DNA of 64,000 nucleotides from Mantamonas sphyraenae STR306 (Eukaryota; Protista; CRuMs): positions 124,001 to 188,000 of the forward strand of contig JAPMXV010000003.1 in assembly GCA_026936335.1 (NCBI GenBank), written 5' to 3'. The notes under the pieces were generated by a model. The model did no database searches, was not told the DNA's origin, and worked only from the letters and a program-made list of their open reading frames with translations. The position numbers and the translations under genes are program-made. This document shows positions 58,115-64,000 of this stretch, in pieces. Position 1 is the first letter of the stretch. Each line of letters begins with the position of its first letter.

Positions 58115-58885
58115 TCAGGCCAGGGTCATGACAAGCTTGCCGAGCTCCTCGCCAGTGCCAAAGTAGTCGCCACGCTTCCAGCTGTGTGAGTGGAAACAAT
58201 GTTTGAGAGTGAGCGGGGGGGGGGGTTACGGGTCAGCGTGTGTGGGACGGCGTTGGTGCGAGGACGCGGGAAGGGGCAAAAACTGACTCGGAGTGGGCGG
58301 CTGTGACGTCGTCATAGATATCCACGCTCTTCACCACAATCTTGACACCCTCAATAATGGAGCTGTGCGCACGTGTGTGAGTGACGTTGCAGGTGAAAGG
58401 TGCAGGGGGGCTGTTGCGGGGACGGTGACGGGAAAACAAAGGCATGCCGAAAAAACGCGTGTTGCAGCACAGCGATGCGGAATCGCGCGCAGGCGACGCT
58501 GGAGGCGCCATAGATCGTTCGCAAGCACGTACCCGTAGCCGGTGGCCATCTCGCCAACGACCTCTGCAATCTTCTCGGCGGCATAGGTGGCACCACAGTT
58601 GTCCAGGGCGTGGACAAACTCGTTGATGCCTGCGGCGGTACGCTTCAGGCCCTCCTTGAGGTGGGTGCGGTCGTGGATCTCAAAGTTGCGGAAGGCGTCA
58701 CGGAACTCATGGACGACGCCGCTGACCTCCTTCTTGCACTCCTCCACGTTGGGGATCTCGCCAAAGGCGATGCCAAACACAAAACCCTCAAAGAGCTGCG
58801 TGTCGGCGTCTGCCTGCGCCACAGAGCTGACACAGAGCAGGACGGCCATGCAGGCCATCAGAGCACCAATCTTGGACACGGACAT
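58115..58885 (-). CDS. Small secreted helical protein, paralogue 2
   Basis: LFEGFVFG, CGAT, MATGYG, DIYDD, GEELGKLVMTLA; same two intron positions as paralogue 1. Confidence 0.75.
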
Positions 58886-58959
58886 GTGTGTTTTGGTGGG
58901 GTGGGTGGGTGGATTTTTTGTGGCTCGCCCGGCGGGAGCCAAAGCGGGCACAGAGAGAG

Positions 58960-61900
58960 ATGGCAGCAGCTGGGTCTCGGCACGCTGCGGTTGTGCTCGT
59001 CGTTGTGGGGCTGTTGCTGCTGGCCACGGTGGCGGTGCCAGAGGAACAGGACGGCACCGGCATGTGTGGCAAAGACGACAAACCGGACGAACCGGGCTGC
59101 ATCAAGGGCGAGCCCAAGGAGGGAGATCCGGAGCTGAAGAAGCAACTGGTCGACGTGGGTTTTCCGCCTCTGCCCCGTGGTTTTCCGCCTCGCCAGCCGT
59201 CCTTGAGACGCCACATCAACGACACTGACACCGTTCCCTGGCACCACATGAACGTACAAACACACTGGATTGCGTACAGGCGTGCGGTATCGATCCCATG
59301 AAGCTGGGCACGGGCCCAAAGTGGAAAGCGCTTCTGGACGACTCTAGCTACCAAGTGCAGCTGGGCAACGAATTCAAAGCACAAATCCAACTGCGTGAAC
59401 TTCTTTCGCAGTACGGCGACAGTACGTGGATGCCGTGGGGGACCATGGTGGGAGACACCTCACCGCGCACGGCTGCAAGCCCCAGATCCACTCACCGTAC
59501 ACCCACTCACCCACCTACTTGCAAACCCACACACATACACACACACACACACACACACGGTCCATCACAGTGCCGGAGCCAGCCAAGGCAGTGGCTTACC
59601 ACAACCTGGGACTGGTGGCGATGAAACGCGAAAAGTTTGCAGACGCCATCCAAAGCCTGAAGGAGGCGCTGAAGTACAAAGATGACTTTGCAGAGGCACA
59701 TGCGCTGCTGGCGTACGCTTATGTAAGCAAAGCCAAGTCTGTTGCGGGCAAGGAGCCAGCGACAGCGGCTCGGCTGTATGCAGATGCGGTGGCGGCGCAG
59801 GAAGCGGCTGTGGCCAAGGCGCCAGGGAATGTGGAACAGCAGGTGCGACTGGCAGAGTACCTGCTGAATGTGCCCATGAAAGCGGTGGATGCGTTGGACA
59901 TCATGCGACGCGTGGTGGACCAGGACGAGGAGAATGTGCACACGTTGCACGTGTATGCACAAACGCAAGAGGCAACGGGTGCAGTGTACCAGGCCAAACA
60001 GACGGTGGACAAACTCTTGCGTGTGTACAGCTCGGTTCGCCTCTCGCAGGCAGGCAACGTGAGTACCGACACCGAAGACGGCGGGCGTGGCGAGGCCGAG
60101 TACGTTGCGTACGGGGGCGCCTTGCTGATGAAAATGGGTCGTATGAAAGAAGCAGCAGCGGAGCTGGAGCGTGCGGTGTTGCTGAGCAAGGGTAGGGATG
60201 CCATGGCCCTGACGCACCTGGCAAAGTGCAAGGAGCGGCTGGGCAACGACAAGGAGGCACGTGCGCTGCTGGAACGTGCGTTGGAGGTGGATGGAGGCTA
60301 CTCCATGGCTCACTACGAGCTGGGCAGGCTGAAGATGGCAGGTGAGGATTGGCAGGGGGCCATGGGACACTTTCAGCGTGCGTACCGTGCCAACGCAGGC
60401 ATGCACGACGCGTTCTGCAATGTGATGTACATCAAACGACAGGTGTGCGACTGGACACGATGGAAGGGCATGATGAGTCAGTTCCGGGGGGTGCTGGAGG
60501 CGCAGCTGCGCAACGACCAGCTGCCGTGCTTGCTGCCTTTCCATCTGCTTGCGTTCAACCTGTCCACCGACACACAAAAGCGTGCCACAGAGCGAGTGAG
60601 CAGCGAGCTGTACAGGCGTACGGCCACGTACGTGCACAACGTGATGATGGAGCCGTCGGCAGAGGGAGCACGCGAGCGGAAGCGGCTGGAGGGGTTGCAG
60701 TGCGACGGCCCCGCGGCCGAAGAGGCAGGGGCCTGTGTGTGGGCACCGGCCAGCCGCAGACAGCCGCGACGTGGCGGGAAACTGCGCATTGGGTTTGTGA
60801 GCAGCAATCTCAACAACCACGCGGTGGGCAACCTGGTGCAAGCTGTGTTTGGGGAGATGGACAGGCGGCGGTTCCACGTGACGGCGTATGCGCTGGCACG
60901 GCGTGTGAGGTCGGACGACCGCACACAACAGCGCATTGCCAGCGAGGTGGACTCGTATGTGGACATCAGCACCATGGGCGTGTACGAAGCAGCAGCGCGT
61001 GTGCGTGCCGACAACATCCACGTGTTGGTCAACCTGAACGGGCACACACTGCACTCGCGCAACGAACTGTTTGCGTTGCACCCTGCGCCTGTGCAACTCA
61101 TGTTCAACGGCTTCTACTTTACGTTTGGAGGCGCGGGTGTGGATCACCTGGCGACCGACGCGGTGGCCAGCCCGCCGCAGCAGGCACACCTGTACACAGA
61201 GAAGCTTGTGTATCTGCCGGTGCCGTTTGCAGTGTCCGACTACCTGTTCACGCGTCCCGAGGTGTTTGGCAACGAGCAGCGGCGCGCCAAGTTTGTGTTC
61301 AGCGAAGGCGGCGTGCAAAAGTCGAGCATCCAGATTGGCGACGGCAACACGGTGTTTGCCAGCTTCAACGCCCTGTACAAACTGGAGCCGGACGTGTTTG
61401 CGGTGTGGATGCGCATCCTGAAACGTGTGCCGCGTTCGATTCTGTGGCTGCAACGGGTGGGCCGGGATGGCCAACTGGCAGCACAGAACTTGCGACGCGA
61501 GGCCAAGGCGGCTGGAGTGGACCCGAGACGACTGGTGTTTACGGAACGGGTGCAAAAGGAGCAACACCTGGTGGTAAAGGGCATGGCGGATGTGTTTCTG
61601 GACAATCCGCTGTTCAACGGCCACACAACAGGCATCGACGCTCTGTACGCAGGCGTACCGGTGGTGACCGTTGCCGGCGAAAGCATGGGCCAGCGAGTGG
61701 GTGCATCCATGCTGCAGGGCCTGGGGCTGAAGGAGCTTGTGGCGGCGAACTTGGAGGAGTACGAGGAGCTGGCGGTACAGATGGCACACAATGCCACGTA
61801 CCTGGAGTATGTGCGTCGTCACCTGCGTCAACAACGCACCGAGTCGACGTTGTTCAACACATCTCGATGGGTCAAGGGGTGGCAGACGGCCGTGCGGCTG

Positions 61901-62071
61901 ACTTACGAGGCCTGGCACGGCCAGTGCATGCGTGGGTGCTGGCTCGACCGTGCAGAGGACATGGACAAATGCATGCGAGCGTGCACTGTGCCACGCCGTC
62001 GGATGCATGTTGTCGTGGCCGGTGCCGGGGCGAGCGGAGGAACAACGCAAACGCGCACACATCAACGATGA
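58960..62071 (+). CDS. O-GlcNAc transferase-like (GT41) TPR protein with N-terminal signal peptide
   Basis: Introns 59155-59279 and 59422-59570; TPRs; QVCDWT, LRIGFVSS..NHAV, NLNGHT, PAPVQ, FNALYK, FNGHTTG. Confidence 0.85.
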
Positions 62072-63714
62072 GCAGCAGCGGAAGCAGCAGCAATGGAGGC
62101 GTTTTGACCGTCGATAGCAAAACTCTTGTGATGAACAACCTTGGGGCAGCGTTCCGGCGCTTCTTCTTGGACAAAGACACTGCGGATGTGACTCTGCACG
62201 TTTTTCAGGAATTGAACGAAAAGGAGGCCTCGAGCAGCAGCAAGAGCACCTCCGCAGTGACATACCCAGTGCACAGGATTGTGCTGGCCGCACAGTCGGA
62301 CTATTTTCGAGGGCTATTCTACGACGGGATGCTGGAAAGCGCAGAGAGCGATGTGGAGATCTCTGTGCCGGGCCCCACGTCTGTGTTTGCGGCGTGCCTG
62401 ATGCACATGTACACGGGCAAGGTGGCTGAGGATGTGGACGTACAGGAACTGTATTCAATGGCCCAGTTTCTTCAGATGAGCTCGCTGCGGTTGGCGCTGG
62501 CGAGCCAGAGCTGCACGGCGTTTCTAAGCACGGCCGTGGCCGACCAGATGGAGGAGGTGATCCCGCATGCAGCACAGGAGGTGGCCAACAAGATGGAAGA
62601 GGTGTCCAAGAGTGAGGAGCTGTTCCAGCTGACGGAGGAGGCGTTTGCGGTGTTGTTGTCGCATGACGACGTGGTGTTTGCGCGCAAAGTGGACGAATTG
62701 ACGCTGTTCCGTGCGGTGGTGCGATGGGCCCGGTATGTGGTGACGGGGGAGGATATGTTGGAGCAAGGACAAGAGACGAAGCGGGCGGAGGAGGAGAAAG
62801 ACCAGGAACGTCAGCCGATGCAGGTGGAGGAGGCAATGCGCAACAGGGCGTCCACAACGGTGGAGATCGCAGACGCAGCAGAGAAGTTGGTGTACCATCT
62901 GCGCCTTGGTCTGATCCCTCTGGAGGGTCTTGTGAACGAGGTGGCCTCGAGCGGGGTGGTGCCGTTTGAGCTCCTCGGATACGCAGTTGCACAAAAGGGG
63001 ATGCGCAGCAAGGATCGGGACCTGACCAAGATGATGCATCCTCGCTGGCGCACGTGGCCGCCAGAATCCCTCGACCCGTCGGACCGCTACGGTTGGCTGG
63101 ACGAAACAGATCTGGTGATGCATTTTTCGCCGGCGGAGCAAGAGGTGGAGACGGCGGTTGCAGATTGGTGGAGCCGAGACAGTGCAATTTGTGTGGAGGA
63201 GGAACGAGGCAACATGTTCTTCCACGTGCCAAACGATTCGCCCAGTGTGATGCTGCACATCGATGGCGGCGGCGGCCTGCGCTTCAGGAAGGACTTGCAG
63301 GACGCGTTGGGTGTGAGCTGGACAGTGCTTGTGGTGGATCGATACACGGGTGGCGCTGTTGGACGCACGCTGCAGAGTTCCGAAAACAACTGGCTTCTGG
63401 GTCGCTGGAGCAACAACTTGGGCTGCCACATGGACGGCTGGCTGCAGTACAACCACTGCGAAACAGGCACGGTCAATGTGTCTGTGGTGACAGTGCGCGG
63501 CGGGCAATCTCGCTACTTTGTGGACGGGACCCTGTTGACGGAAAGCGGGAACGGGAACAAACCGCGCACGCGTCTGGCACTGTGTAGCTCGGGCCGCTAC
63601 AACGAGCCAAGTGACTGCGACGTGGGTGACGTGATTGTGTGGAACCGTGTGCTGCACGATGAGGAAGTGGAGCTGATTTCGGAGAAGCTGCTGGAGATGT
63701 ACCGTGGCGCGTAA
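62068..63714 (+). CDS. BTB/POZ-BACK protein with C-terminal ConA/LamG-like domain
   Basis: ADVTL, VHRIVLAAQSDYFRGLF, ELTLFRAVVRW, VIVWNRVL. Start 62068, alternatively 62131. Confidence 0.8.
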   Translation: MSSSGSSSNGGVLTVDSKTLVMNNLGAAFRRFFLDKDTADVTLHVFQELNEKEASSSSKSTSAVTYPVHRIVLAAQSDYFRGLFYDGMLESAESDVEISVPGPTSVFAACLMHMYTGKVAEDVDVQELYSMAQFLQMSSLRLALASQSCTAFLSTAVADQMEEVIPHAAQEVANKMEEVSKSEELFQLTEEAFAVLLSHDDVVFARKVDELTLFRAVVRWARYVVTGEDMLEQGQETKRAEEEKDQERQPMQVEEAMRNRASTTVEIADAAEKLVYHLRLGLIPLEGLVNEVASSGVVPFELLGYAVAQKGMRSKDRDLTKMMHPRWRTWPPESLDPSDRYGWLDETDLVMHFSPAEQEVETAVADWWSRDSAICVEEERGNMFFHVPNDSPSVMLHIDGGGGLRFRKDLQDALGVSWTVLVVDRYTGGAVGRTLQSSENNWLLGRWSNNLGCHMDGWLQYNHCETGTVNVSVVTVRGGQSRYFVDGTLLTESGNGNKPRTRLALCSSGRYNEPSDCDVGDVIVWNRVLHDEEVELISEKLLEMYRGA

Positions 63715-63771
63715 ACGGCATGTTTGGATAGAAAAGTGGAAAATTGTGCATTGCTTTGGTGCTTGGCTTGC

Positions 63772-64000
63772 TTAGCCTTCCTTCCAACACCTCTTGCCAA
63801 CATCCAGGTGCTGGAGCTTGCTGATTTCGGAGCAGTCTGCGAATCCGTCGGGAAGGAGGTCCTTCATGTAGGGCTGGATATCCTTAAAGGCGTTGCGCAC
63901 CGTGCAGTGCGTGATACCTGCGACGACGGAGATCTCTTGCTGGGTCTTGCACTTGCCGCTGATGACCGAGACGGCGTAAATGGAGGCGGCGGCGACGGAG
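63772..64000 (-). CDS. TFIIB-like protein, C-terminal cyclin repeat (partial)
   Basis: SVAAASIY...KTQQEISVVAGITHCTVRNAFKDI; stop at 63772; gene enters from the window edge. Confidence 0.75.
   Translation of the reverse strand, partial: SVAAASIYAVSVISGKCKTQQEISVVAGITHCTVRNAFKDIQPYMKDLLPDGFADCSEISKLQHLDVGKRCWKEG

Noticed and set aside
59254-59279. Possible 26-nt mini-intron in the OGT-like gene
   Set aside because: An upstream donor (GAC|gtgggt, 59155) with a CACTGAC branch gives a normal 125-nt intron in the same frame.
59507-63232. Long antisense or alternate-frame ORFs (1241 aa here; also 35046-37484, 23482-24969, 49560-51107, 843-1904)
   Set aside because: Shadows of real genes in GC-rich, codon-biased DNA; no motifs.
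1-64000. CRISPR arrays, rRNA, tRNA, alternative genetic code
   Set aside because: None seen; repeats are microsatellites, and TAA, TAG and TGA all terminate genes.

Overview
Eukaryotic (protist-like), GC-rich and very compact region: about 32 protein genes, short GT-AG introns often with a CTGAC/CTAAC branch motif, intergenic gaps mostly <120 bp, standard code. Recognisable genes: PIG-M, IGHMBP2, HDAC8-like, NIPA, VAP, YIPF6, CYP4-like P450, PRP4 kinase, Rab22, kinesin-3-like, archaemetzincin, TPP1/S53, LysRS, RRP40, WDR12, OGT-like, BTB, TFIIB (partial). Main oddities: (1) a ~317-nt box C/D RNA in a Rab22 intron whose guide matches the tRNA-Met anticodon loop (SNORD97/SCARNA97-like); (2) a ~2,000-aa Ubl-Clu-CHAT-STAND NTPase-SH2 protein directly upstream of an M11 protease-TM-SH3 gene; (3) a ~3.75-kb inverted duplication enclosing a leishmanolysin-IPT gene; (4) an OGT-family enzyme with a signal peptide; (5) divergent start codons 5 bp apart and an ATGA stop/start overlap. 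All exon models and domain calls were made by eye from motifs; no database searches were run.
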